Shown here piece after piece: positions 34,809 to 45,179 of a stretch of DNA of 64,000 nucleotides. Source of the DNA: Podarcis erhardii (taxonomy: Eukaryota); assembly GCA_964252035.1 (NCBI GenBank), contig OZ176201.1. One strand, written 5' to 3'. The stretch's first letter is position 1. Each line of letters begins with the position of its first letter. A program made the translations under genes and the position numbers. The notes beneath the pieces were generated by a model. It was not told the origin of the DNA, did no database searches, and saw only the letters and a list, made by a program, of their open reading frames with translations.

Positions 34809-36939
34809 TGAATGGGGAAAACTCTTTCCTCTATCACTATGGTTCACCTCACATGTGTGTCTGAGGGCATGCAGTGTATGCATTCTCCGGATGGTAGGTT
34901 TTGTGGAATATATAACCTTTGACAAACAAACTTCCTGCCATATTGATGATGGGCATTTCACTAATGACTTGCTCATTGTAAGGGTCATAGTGGAATAGGT
35001 GAAAAGTCAGAACAAGCCAGTATCCTGCCTTTGGAAAGGAGATTTTTTAGAGGAATGATAGCAGATAGAAGATGAAACCCTTTGCAAAGATCTGCAAATG
35101 CAAAAAGAACGTTTCCTTGCCCTCTCCTCATCAAGACGCCCATTCCTGTGCTGGCTAACCTATGTATTTTTATATTTACATACATTTTGACCACGTTCTT
35201 GTATAAGCAAAGGCATTTAGGCTGCAATGCTAAGAAGTAAGCTCAGTAGGACTTTTTCTGAGTATTGCATTTAATAAGGTGTAAGTGTAAACATAGGTCT
35301 GTTTTTTAAAAACTCTGCACTATTTTTTTATTGAGATATTAAGTGACTCTGCCATCTCCTGAAAAGTTTGTCTTGTGATTCTTACCTTACACTGCAATCC
35401 TACGCAGGTGTGTTCAGAAGAAAGTTCCATTGAGTTCATTGAGGCTCACTGCCAGGTGAGAAATGCAACTTTAACTTCTTATAACACTGATTAAGAAATA
35501 TCACTCAAGAAACAAGTACATGGTAGTACTTTCGGATAAGAGCAAACTACGTAGCAACAGACGCCAAGAGCAATGGAGTGGGCATAGGAATGCATACCTG
35601 TACAAGTAGATTTCCAGTACAACTGGAAAACCCAGCAATAAAAAAGTACTTCACTTTCTTCATTTTATTTTCTTTCCTTGCTTTTCTCCCTCTTATCACA
35701 AGCATCGCATCTACTCTGGCCTTTCATAAATCAGAAAAAAATATTTGATAGTATCTTTGCACTATATTTTTAACAACTCTGTTAAACCAATCAGCTGCTT
35801 TGTAAAAATAAAATAAAAAATAGTGTCAATATCTATAGGCTACTATCTAAAGAGACAGAATGGATCCACCCTCCAGCCTGAACTTAAAGGAAATTCAGCA
35901 TCTCAACCTTCTGTTTTCTGGATCCTAAGAGATCAGGATTTTTCTTCCAGTGAGACTACAATGATTAATCCCAAACCAGTTCTATGGTCTTGCAGGAAAA
36001 AAACAAGACAGGGGTGCAATCAGCTCCGGTCATGCAGACAGTTGATCTTTGTCCATGTCTCTATGCCCTTGAGTTTTCTTGGATTTGCAGCTGACTTTGT
36101 TGTCAAGGGAGAATTTTCCATCACCTCCTGCTGGTATGAAGGAGTTGGAAGGTAATCCCCTTTCCACAACAGAGAAGTGCAAGGGAGAAAGGGCCTCTGG
36201 AGAGAGAAACTTCAAAAACTTCTTGGGAATTGAAAAGGGTCCTATTCAGCTTTGAAGAATGCCAGCATGGAGATGGTCACCTAGCAACCTGGAGCAATGT
36301 GGCACAGCTTGGATTCCAGAGCCGGAGAAACAATGAGTCCTTGCGACCCTACTGGGAACTTAAAGCCCCAGGATCGTCTCCCAGGGCAGAGACAGGACAC
36401 ATCTAATGGGAAAACATCTAATGAGAGAATAGGCTTCACCAAAGCGATGGCAAATGCATCAAGACATGTTGCCAACACACACACACACACACACACGAAA
36501 AAGCAAGGGCTGATTGTTGAGCGTTGCTCTTCACTGATGTAAATCAAATGTTTAAGCTACTGTAGTAGAGACTGACTGGTGGAGAACTGAAACCAGGAAG
36601 GAGTAAAACGGACCAAAGAGTACAGCGGAAATGCTGTGTGAGACCCCTTCCAGCCAACACAGGTAGCAGTGGCCAACCCGGCTCATCATACTCACAGCGG
36701 ATTCTCAGGGAATAATTAACCCCATCAAAATGTTTTCAAGTAGTAATATCCTTTTAGTCTTTTGATTTGTCCTGCAACCAACAAAACTGCATGTGCAATG
36801 GAACGGATATTTGTTGTTGCAAGAACCAAGTCTTTAGTTGGCAAGGACCCGCTCTACCAAAATGATAATAGAAAATATGGCTCAGATCCATCTCAGCTTC
36901 CAAAATTTGCCATCAGCCAGGGCTCCCTTTTCATCTCGC

Positions 36940-37110
36940 TCAGGATCGCTGGTACAGCTTCATGATGCCCGAGTTGTGAAGTTTCTTCCATGTCCTCCGT
37001 TCCAAATCAAAGTCATGGTTGCTATAAAAGACTAAGCGGTGCCATTTCTGGTCATAATAATGATCCGAATACTTTTGGTAGCCTGCGGTGATGTATCCAT
37101 AAGCACTTAC
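36940..37110 (-). CDS. ST6GALNAC1: ST6GalNAc I, exon 9 ([56 protein letters not shown])
   Basis: End of sialylmotif S, motif III (HYYD) and VS motif (HDFDLE). Acceptor ctttccacag; phase 0; ends in a stop codon. Confidence 0.95.
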   Translation of the reverse strand, partial: VSAYGYITAGYQKYSDHYYDQKWHRLVFYSNHDFDLERRTWKKLHNSGIMKLYQRS

Positions 37111-37163
37111 CTGTGGAAAGCCAAGAGCCATAATTGGGGAGCTACAGGATAAAGGAGGGCTAT

Positions 37164-37173
37164 AATAATAATA

Positions 37174-37214
<41 letters not shown>
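37164..37214. repeat. (AAT)4(GAT)13 microsatellite in ST6GALNAC1 intron 8
   Basis: Read directly. Confidence 0.95.
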
Positions 37215-37215
<1 letters not shown>

Positions 37216-38081
37216 CGACCCACACAGAGACGTGCTGTGGAAGATCCATGGTGACTAGGGTTTCCTGCAATGCTGCAAAATTATTAGCAGCCCCGGGGGT
37301 CAGTTTTGAAGGCTGGGGAAGTAATTCATGGGCAGAGAGGATGCTCAAAACCTTTTATTTCCTTGCTCTTTCCTCAACCTAAAGCAATCTCCATCCAAAG
37401 CTGTTATTTGTCATTGAAGTGTGTGTGTTTGTGAGGTTCTGGCAGGGCAGGATTTAGAAAGGGGTTAAGCCTCACCACCCTCAGCTGATACAACCCTGTC
37501 CATTGACAACATCCCTAACATCCCCAAGGTATGGGGAGGAATTAAATGTCACACTAATGTGACTGTTTCATCAGCTTGCTAGAGAGAACAATCCCCACTC
37601 GTGCCCCACATGTTGTCCCTGGGGTTCTCCAGACCACCCCCAGCCAATTGGGAGGGGTCATGGAGGATGAAAAGGGGAGGAAGCCCCACAACGCAAGCAG
37701 AATCCCTTGTTGACGGCTTCTGCTGATGGGAATTATTAGCTGAATTCTGTCCGCTGTGTGTTTGCAGCCCTTGCAGCTCAGATTGTCACCTCTGGGCACT
37801 TCTAGACCGTCACTGGTTTTTGAGGGTGGGATTCAGCCACAGTCAAGTTCTGAAATTAATTTCTAGCTCTTGTGCAACAAACTCACTCCCCGACTCCGCA
37901 AACTAAACTTCTTTGTTGAATGCCACATTGTATAAGATCCCCGCAAACAAATCAGAACAAATGCTCAGCAAATAGCCGGCATGATCTAACCTCCCTGTAA
38001 ACTTTGTGCAAACAAATAAGGAGGAAGATTCAACAAACAGATTGTCTAGAAGCAACCTTTGGGGCGCCTTTGAATTCTTAC

Positions 38082-38181
38082 CTGGTCACATAGATGGAGT
38101 GCAGTTAGAAGGAGGAAGGCACCTGTGGTGGGTCTATAGATCCGCCAGTCGGACTTGTCTAGGCTTTTGGATCTTAGAAAC
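38082..38181 (-). CDS. ST6GALNAC1: ST6GalNAc I, exon 8 ([33 protein letters not shown])
   Basis: Sialylmotif S (PTTG...TALHLCD). Acceptor catacttcag, donor CAG|GTAAGA. 100 nt, phase 2 to 0. Confidence 0.95.
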
Positions 38182-38387
38182 CTGAAGTATGAGATTTTTT
38201 TTTAAAAAAAGTTTCTTTTTATTGAGTTTTATCAACAGGATACAAAGGTAAATAAGCTAGCTGGAGATGCTTTGTGGGCACAGACGGCTTGTCTTACATC
38301 CTTATTTGATTGTGGGAGCACATCCTGTAATTTCTGATGGCCGCTTAGGCAGGTAAAAGAAGTGGCATTTTTAAAAATTTAGCAATA

Positions 38388-38629
38388 CAGTGGTACCTCG
38401 GGTTAAGTACTTAATTCGTTCTGGAGGTCTGTTCTTAACCTGAAACTGCTCTTAACCTGAAGCACCACTTTAGCAAATGGGGCCTCCTGCTGCCGCTGCG
38501 CCGCTGGAGCACGATTTCTGTTCCCATCCTGAAGCAAAGTTCTTAACCCGAGGTACTATTTCTGGGTTAGTGGAGTCTGTAATCTGAAGCGTATGTAACC
38601 TGAAGCGTATGTAACCTGAGGTACCACTG
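38388..38629. mobile_element. Tc1/mariner (pogo/Tigger-like) MITE, complete
   Basis: TIR CAGTGGTACCTC(G/A)GGTTA at both ends, flanked by TA. Internal TTAACCTGAA/GTAACCTGAAGCGTAT repeats. Confidence 0.88.
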
Positions 38630-39022
38630 TAAAGCCAACCTAACAATGGATGCTCCTCATTTGTAAAAGTTGCCATCTTCCGCTCGGTCAAAGGGCCCTG
38701 TGTTTTTAAGAACTGTGCGGAAGAAATCCAGTGCTATGTTTCTAGAAAAAGAGGTGCCGGAACTCACTATGAACACCTCCCCAAGAGGTGCTGGGACTCG
38801 GTACCAGAGAGTTCTGGCTGAAAAAAGCCCCGACTGTCAGTGGGTACAGCTTCTCTAACTACCATTGAAGGCAGTGGCAGCTGTTCTTGTTCATAAATGA
38901 TGACACCATCATGCTAGGACAAGGAGCCCTATCCCCTTACTGGACCTGACAAGCTTGTTTATTTGGACCCTGCTAGCCCAGAGCATCCCATATCATTCAA
39001 GTTAACTTTACATACCACATAC

Positions 39023-39112
39023 CTGTTTTTCATGTATCTGAGAAAATCGGGATGAATGACAAAGTAGTTATCCAGGGTGAAATTGCTACCAAATTTATCC
39101 CGAGGATATGGC
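39023..39112 (-). CDS. ST6GALNAC1: ST6GalNAc I, exon 7 (PYPRDKFGSNFTLDNYFVIHPDFLRYMKN(R))
   Basis: HPDFLRYMKNR family motif. Acceptor tttccattcccag, donor AG|GTATGT. 90 nt, phase 2 to 2. Confidence 0.95.
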
Positions 39113-39649
39113 CTGGGAATGGAAACAGAAAATAACCTTTTAGGCCAAGCACGTGCCATTCAAGCAAGAACTAGTTCGGCCACTTCTCCTATGAGTTAGG
39201 TGATGTGGTAGGCAGCCATCATTTTTCAGGGTGTGCCTAAGAACTGTATGGGAACTGGCTGTTCAAAACAAAGCAAAAGCGCTGCCAAAAAAAGGAAAGG
39301 AGGCGAGGAGGATGTGGCTTTTAAAAGGGGAAGGGGGAGAAATGAAGCGCCATCAAGGGATGGGGAAAGGATGTTGTGTTTACCACAGAAATTGAATGAG
39401 GAGACCAAAGGCTCTCTTCTCACTGAGTTCAAATGCTGCTAAAGAAAAGCCCTGTGCTCATTCACAGTAGCATGGGACTCTTTGCTGACAATATTCCAGC
39501 CGTCAGGTCTTCCTGGAGTGACCATGTGACATATGATGTCCTCAACCAAGCCTTTATGTTGACATGGCTGTACCTGCAAGAGCGCATACTACAATCTTTG
39601 GTGGGCATTCCCGCATACACAGGAGTTCTGGCTGAAGATTCACCAACTA

Positions 39650-39890
39650 CAGTGGAACCTCGGTTGTCAAACGCTTTGGAAGTCAAACATTTTGGCTTTC
39701 GAACACCAAGAACCCGGAAGAGAATGCTTCCATTTTCGAACACGTCTCGGAAATTGAATGGCTTCCAAGACATGTTTCTCCATTTTTTCAATGGATTTTG
39801 CCGACTAGCAATTGCGCCTCGGTTGTCAAACGTTTCGGAAGTCAAACGGTCTTCTGGAACGGATTACATTTGATAACCGAGGTTCCACTG
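39650..39890. mobile_element. Tigger-like MITE, third subfamily
   Basis: TIR CAGTGGAACCTCGGTT / AACCGAGGTTCCACTG, TA TSD. Internal repeat CCTCGGTTGTCAAACG occurs twice. Confidence 0.82.
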
Positions 39891-40157
39891 TACTTGTTAA
39901 AATAGCAGGAGAATCCAGTGCTTTAACTCTGGAATTGTTTTCACTATCCATATTTGAAGAAGTCAACTGTAGTATGAAACAGAAGGGAGTGATACCTTAT
40001 TTGTTGACTGCCACATGGAAATTTGAATGTACTTTAAATGAATGGTGTGGATCTGCCCATGGTCTTCTGCCAATGCAAACTAAAATGGCCAAACTCTTAA
40101 GGAACATTGTCCTGAAACAGACTGAAAAACAAAAAGGGGGAAATCTGCTTCTCTTAC

Positions 40158-40261
40158 CCATAGCCATCCAAAAATCCCTTCCTGACTCTCGTGTTCAGCA
40201 GAAGAGCTTTCAGCCATTCGTAATCTCTTGGCCCTTCCAGGAAATGAAGGTACTTGATCTC
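40158..40261 (-). CDS. ST6GALNAC1: ST6GalNAc I, exon 6 (EIKYLHFLEGPRDYEWLKALLLNTRVRKGFLDGY(G))
   Basis: YLHFLEGxRDYEWL motif typical of ST6GalNAc I. Acceptor ttgtttcctag, donor GG|GTAAGA. 104 nt, phase 0 to 2. Confidence 0.95.
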
Positions 40262-40568
40262 CTAGGAAACAAGCCACACATACGCTGGTAGGGGTTGCAG
40301 CAGATGGAGCATAAGTGCTGCCAGAGTACAACTAATGAATGGGTAGGCACTCTGTGCTGGCCAAACAAAATCCAAATTCTGATCCAGACCTCATTCTGAA
40401 TAATTTATGTAAATGAGGCACGGCCAACCTCAGTGGAACAAGAGAGGCAAAACAACAGAAAATGGAATGCTCTGCAAAATTTGGAGTGCTGATTTAAAAA
40501 TCCAGAGACAAACCAGATTATTCAGGTTCAGCATAAACTAGGTACTGTGTGGCTCTCCCAAGAAGTTC

Positions 40569-40743
40569 CACTGGTGGAAGAAGGGGGGTGCAGTGGGTGC
40601 GGCCCACCCCGGGTGTCATCCCTGAGGGAGGTGACATTGCTGCGCCGCCCCCCTGGGATGCTCCCCCCCCCCCCGCGGCTAGCCCCCCCGGGTGCACAGC
40701 ATGTGTGCCGCTCTGGGTGCCGGAGCAGCTAGCTCCACCTCTG
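40569..40743. mobile_element. GC-rich MITE related to 59900-60207
   Basis: Shares the 5' motif GG(C/T)GGA(G/A)GAAGGGGG and the CCCCGG(G)TG.CA.CC.TG.GGG.GGTGACA block. No clear TSD. Confidence 0.5.
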
Positions 40744-41029
40744 CGGAGAACTGAGCTGGGCACTTTAGTGACTGGACTGCTGTTCTGCAACATGAAACAC
40801 ACGCTGGGACTAGGGTTAAAGGCTCATCTATTGTCAAGCCTAATGTCAATAGACAGCAAGTGGTCACAGACTGAGGAACCAGTGCTTGGATTTTAATGTG
40901 GAGCTTGGAGGGTGGGGAATAAACCCTTCCCCCCTTCACCATTTTTCTCATCTAAATGACCCCTCTCTAAAAACCCTACTAGCTGTCCCACATGGGAGAA
41001 AACATCTAATATGCCATAATCTGCGTTAC

Positions 41030-41168
41030 CTTTCCCATGGGGATCTTCTTGAATCCACGATTTCCCAGAATTGAGACAGAAGACACTAAGGAGTAGGCTG
41101 TGAATCCATAGAAGGACGTTCTTGTTCCCACGTCTTCCTCAAAACCTTTGATCACGGCCCCACTCACC
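41030..41168 (-). CDS. ST6GALNAC1: ST6GalNAc I, exon 5 (VSGAVIKGFEEDVGTRTSFYGFTAYSLVSSVSILGNRGFKKIPMGK)
   Basis: Second half of sialylmotif L (GFEEDVGTRTS). Acceptor ttttggccag, donor AAG|GTAACG. 139 nt, phase 2 to 0. Confidence 0.95.
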
Positions 41169-41853
41169 CTGGCCAAAAGTGACCATATAACATTGCAAAG
41201 TTAGCCTTGTAGCAGCTTCTCATTACTGGATTTCACAAAGTGCTGCTGGGGTGGGTGGTTTTCAATATTTGATACAAAATAAGTGGCTTGAGCAAGTTTC
41301 TAGATGAATGGAGCTCCAAAGGTTAAAGATATCTAGGTGATTTCAGTTTTCTGTAAGCCAGAACAATGAAACTTAATCGGAACCACGATCTTTGCACATA
41401 TGCACAAGGTTGGTATATAATGGATAGCTGTTAGCATCCTGACATTTGGAGAAGACTCCAAATACCCTGGCATGGAATTTATATGTAGACACAAGCAATA
41501 AACTATACAGTATATAAGGTGTGGGAATCCCCCATAACTTTTAATTTTAAAAAAGGTTGTCAACGATGTTGGCTCCGAAGAGAGAGAGAGAGAGACAAAA
41601 GGTCGTTTTGTGTGCATAATATTTGGTTTAGGACCATCAGTTTCAGATTTTTCAAACTACCTGGAAAAGAAACAGCAGTGTTGGTGAATCGGCCCTGTCC
41701 CTAGGACCGCCTTCTCCTGTATGAAGCATCCCTCTCATCACCATCAGAAGATTCCTTACCTTTAGATGCCCCAAATATCCCTACATTATACATTGAAAGC
41801 ACTTTCAAAGGACATTCTTTTGCTCAAAGAATTATTGATGGAAGTTCACCTCG

Positions 41854-41855
<2 letters not shown>

Positions 41856-41891
<36 letters not shown>
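41856..41891. repeat. (AC)n microsatellite; others near 4062-4088, 13151-13167 (TG), 15905-15920 and 36475-36496
   Basis: Read directly. Confidence 0.9.
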
Positions 41892-41896
<5 letters not shown>

Positions 41897-41979
41897 GAGT
41901 TTTGGCTTATAACATTGGTTTTTAGTAGATGACCAAGAAGGCTTTGTGGCACTGTTGCAGGATTTCTCCCAGTCAATAA

Positions 41980-42294
41980 TGACAGACACAGGTTCTTTCA
42001 GAGGAAAGACAGAATTTATTCACCTGCGCAGGGGCTGCAGCGGGATCTCTCCCAAAGGCTGAGCCCCTCTTTGTTCTCTGAGGCTTCCTTTTATAGTGAC
42101 CAGTAAACAATTTCTGCAGGATTACCCATACAGGCAAAAAAAGAGGAAGCTTACTCAAGCAGGCAAGAGAAACAGAACTTTTTAAGCTCCTGCCCCCCCC
42201 CCCAATCCTGTCTGCCCCAAACTGCGAGCATGTGCAGGTTTTAAAACAGACACAGACATCAGTTAGCTCATTCCTTGTGACTGACTTTCTGTCA
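41980..42294 (-). mobile_element. Solo LTR (ERV/Gypsy-like), 315 bp, sense-oriented in ST6GALNAC1 intron 4
   Basis: 7-bp inverted termini TGACAGA...TCTGTCA. On the minus strand TATAAAA (42095-42089) precedes AATAAA (42020-42015), the U3-R-U5 order. No perfect TSD. Confidence 0.65.
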
Positions 42295-42603
42295 TAGATT
42301 GGCTTTACACAGCACTTTTCTGCCAATCTCCAGACTGTTGAGGGGAGATAATCTCGATCCTTCAGTACTGAGAGGAGATGCCAGTTTTAATTCTGGCTTT
42401 ATCCTTCTGGCACTTTTATGGATTATGCTTTCGTTGACTTCTGATATACACAAACACACATATGCACACAAAAATACGTGCACACGCGTTACTATTTTAA
42501 CAATGCTGTTAAGCTACCTTAGACTGTTTTTGTTTACTTGTTTAGGAAGGGCTAAACATCTAAATAGATAGATAGAACACAGGAAAACAGCAGTTCCTCT
42601 TAC

Positions 42604-42775
42604 CGGAACACGTAATCATGGGAGTCAATCTCCTGGCCCATTTTGGAGTTGTTCAGTATCCCCCCATTCCCTACCACCGCACATCTGATACACCTGGAAG
42701 TCTGGCTGCTGTTGCGTGCAAAGAGAATTTGGTGGTATGGTTTAGGGGGAAGCATGGTGATGACTTGTTTTACCA
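42604..42775 (-). CDS. ST6GALNAC1: ST6GalNAc I, exon 4 ([56 protein letters not shown](R))
   Basis: First half of sialylmotif L ([10 protein letters not shown]...IDSHDYVFR). Acceptor ttttgtctttcag, donor CG|GTAAGA. 172 nt, phase 1 to 2. Confidence 0.97.
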
Positions 42776-43204
42776 CTGAAAGACAAAAGGCGTCCTTATT
42801 TAGTATGAAGGGCAGGCAGTAAACACTCACAGCTCTGAACTGGTTAGGGCGTAGGATGGAAGTAAGGCACAGGAACAGAACAGAATCAGAGCACTTTAAA
42901 GTCTGCCAGCTTGTCTTAGGCTTGGCCTCTGAACTGCTGCCATTTTCACTTTTGTAGACATCGCTTTGTAAGAAGTCCATACCTGCAGACTGCGGAGCAG
43001 CTGCTGAATTGTTGCTATCTGTACACAGGGAGGGCGTGTCTAGTGCACATTTAGATTCCTTGCTCTCCCCCACTCCATTGCAATGCCCACTACACTCCTT
43101 TTCAAACAATAAAAAATCCTGCAAGCTTTTTGATATACCCAATGTGCAATAGAACAAACTGTGCAGGCTCAGTTTACAAACGGAGGTCCACATAGCTTTC
43201 AAAT

Positions 43205-43447
43205 TGATTCCCCAGTGCCACCGTCTCGAACCCCACTCGCACTCGGCGCTCTTTTTAGAGCTTACCGGGGAGCGGGGGAGTCGTTCCCGGCACCCGCAGG
43301 AACTCCAGGTCCTCAGAATGCTCGATCTGAGAGTTTTTCAGGGTGCCGCTGCACTCTAGTGGCTCTCCCCTGTTTTCAAAGCGCCAGTGCCCTTTCCGCG
43401 AAAGAACTCCTGTCCGCCATAATCGGGCGAGCCAACCGGAAGTCGAG
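43205..43447 (-). promoter_or_regulatory. CpG-rich promoter-like cassette (probable L1-type 5' UTR fragment) in ST6GALNAC1 intron 3
   Basis: About 20 CpG in about 230 bp. ETS consensus ACCGGAAGT (43435-43443), YY1-like CCGCCAT (43414-43420). Minus strand starts GACTTCCGGTT...ATGGCGG, like vertebrate L1 5' ends. Donor CCG|GTAAGC at 43266/43265. Confidence 0.55.
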
Positions 43448-44146
43448 TCTCCTGCATCTTTAAGAGCTCGGCACAAGAGGGAATTCCAGCATGGTGCACT
43501 TACACTTCCCCTCCTCTACCCAAACATCGAAGACGCAGGAACCATGCTTCCTTTCACATTTGGTTTCCTTTCCTTTCGCAATTTCTGTTAAGGCTACCTC
43601 AAGGCATTTTGGCACTTGAAGTGAAAAATCCAATAATGTCCTCTCTTGGTTCATCATCATCATCTAAATAACTTACAAGCTACCAGCGTCCTGAAGGTGG
43701 GAAATGTTTCTATTTGAGGATACTATCTACCTTGTAGCAAAAGAATCCATGCTTCTTTACATCTATTTGTCTCGATAGACAATGGAATGTGCATCCAGGG
43801 GTGAAGTTTAACCACTGGAGAATCACAGCACCCGCTGTGGCTGCAGAGACCGGTAACCCATAACTGCTGCCTCCCATGTTGTTTTGCTGCGTTCTTTACA
43901 GTAAGCCTTACAGTAAATCTGAGTGAACAGGTTTGCCCTAAACCTGGGCTTCTGCAAAAGTCCTCACAATTCTCGAAATGGTGACTGTTCCTAGATCACA
44001 TGACAGGGGGACAGGGAGCAGGTTCTCATCTGGGGAATTTGAAAGAGGGTTGGTCTTCTCAATGAAAGACCTGTGAGCACTTGTCCCAGAGAGAAGAACC
44101 CTTGACCCTCGGTTCTTTCTGTCATCCCCTTCAAAGAGTTACTCAC

Positions 44147-44315
44147 ATGAGTAATTCAGCTCCATGAAGCCATAGGGTGGGCCAAAATGGTCTAGACGCT
44201 CCCATTCGCTGTCACTGAAGTGAGTCTTGTCCATGAAAAGAGTGAGGTTGGGCAGGAAGAGATCCTTCAGCCAATCAGACTTGGCAGCCTTGACCCGCAG
44301 AGAATCAGGGCAGCT
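44147..44315 (-). CDS. ST6GALNAC1: ST6GalNAc I, exon 3 (SCPDSLRVKAAKSDWLKDLFLPNLTLFMDKTHFSDSEWERLDHFGPPYGFMELNYS)
   Basis: Matches the conserved ST6GalNAc I segment (LFLPNLTLF...EWDRLEHFAPPFGFMELNYS). Acceptor gtattttaag, donor CAT|GTGAGT. 169 nt, phase 0 to 1. Confidence 0.95.
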
Positions 44316-44489
44316 CTTAAAATACACAAAAAAAGGGGTGAATGAAGTCAGGAGGTGTTTATTTGAGAGACTATATTTAGAGAACCATATTAACTGACAC
44401 TGATAACGGTAACCACATCCTGTTAGTTACGTTAGCAAAATCCTGTTGGACAGTCTCAGTCAAAGGGAGCTGCTATTATCTGAATGATT

Positions 44490-44643
44490 TTTGTGTACAC
44501 ACCATGCATTGAATGCATACACACATCCACACCCTGAATCTTGGGAACTGTAGCTCGATGAGGGCTATACTACAACTCCCAGGATTATTGGGCAAGGGGG
44601 AAAATAAATATGTTGCAAATGAGTGGTGGGTATGTGTACAGTC
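44490..44643. mobile_element. PIF/Harbinger-like MITE, degenerate
   Basis: TGTGTACACACCAT ... GTGTACAGTC ends; GGGAACTGTAG / CTACAACTCCC inner stem. Confidence 0.6.
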
Positions 44644-45179
44644 AAAATGAGTTTTAGACCATCTCACTGGGCTGCTAAACCTGTCAGAGACTGCAGATAC
44701 AGGCTGATGTTAAGTGGTCCTCTGTACTAAAAAAATACCCTTCCTTCGTATAGAATACTAGACCAGAGAAAGAACCTTGACTTTCCATTCCCTTCTCATG
44801 CCAATTCTCTGTGCCCATGGATTTATTTATTTACCTTATTTTGTAGGAACAATAATCCAAGCCACCATAAGCAGTCTAAAGTGCATTAATTTATATTCAT
44901 CAACTCAAACCAGAACAGGTGTTTAAAACACTGTAGGAACCTAGGAGGAACCCTCATGCCAAAAAAGTTTACAGCCAAGATTAGAAGAGTGGGAAGAGAA
45001 CAGGTGAGAATGTCACCTAGCAGAGTCAGCTTCTACTCTTTTGTTTGATTACGCCCCAGACTATAGAGAACTGAAATGGCCCAGGCCAGGTCTATACTTC
45101 TGTATTATTCTGTATGTGTAACAATGAAATGAAGGTATCTGTAGGACATTTAGGGCCAGGTCACGCTATATCAACTCAC

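Noticed and set aside
35300-36939. Candidate ST6GALNAC1 poly(A) signals (AATAAA on the minus strand near 35327-35332 and 35664-35669)
   Set aside because: The region is AT-rich and the candidates cannot be told apart without 3'-end data.
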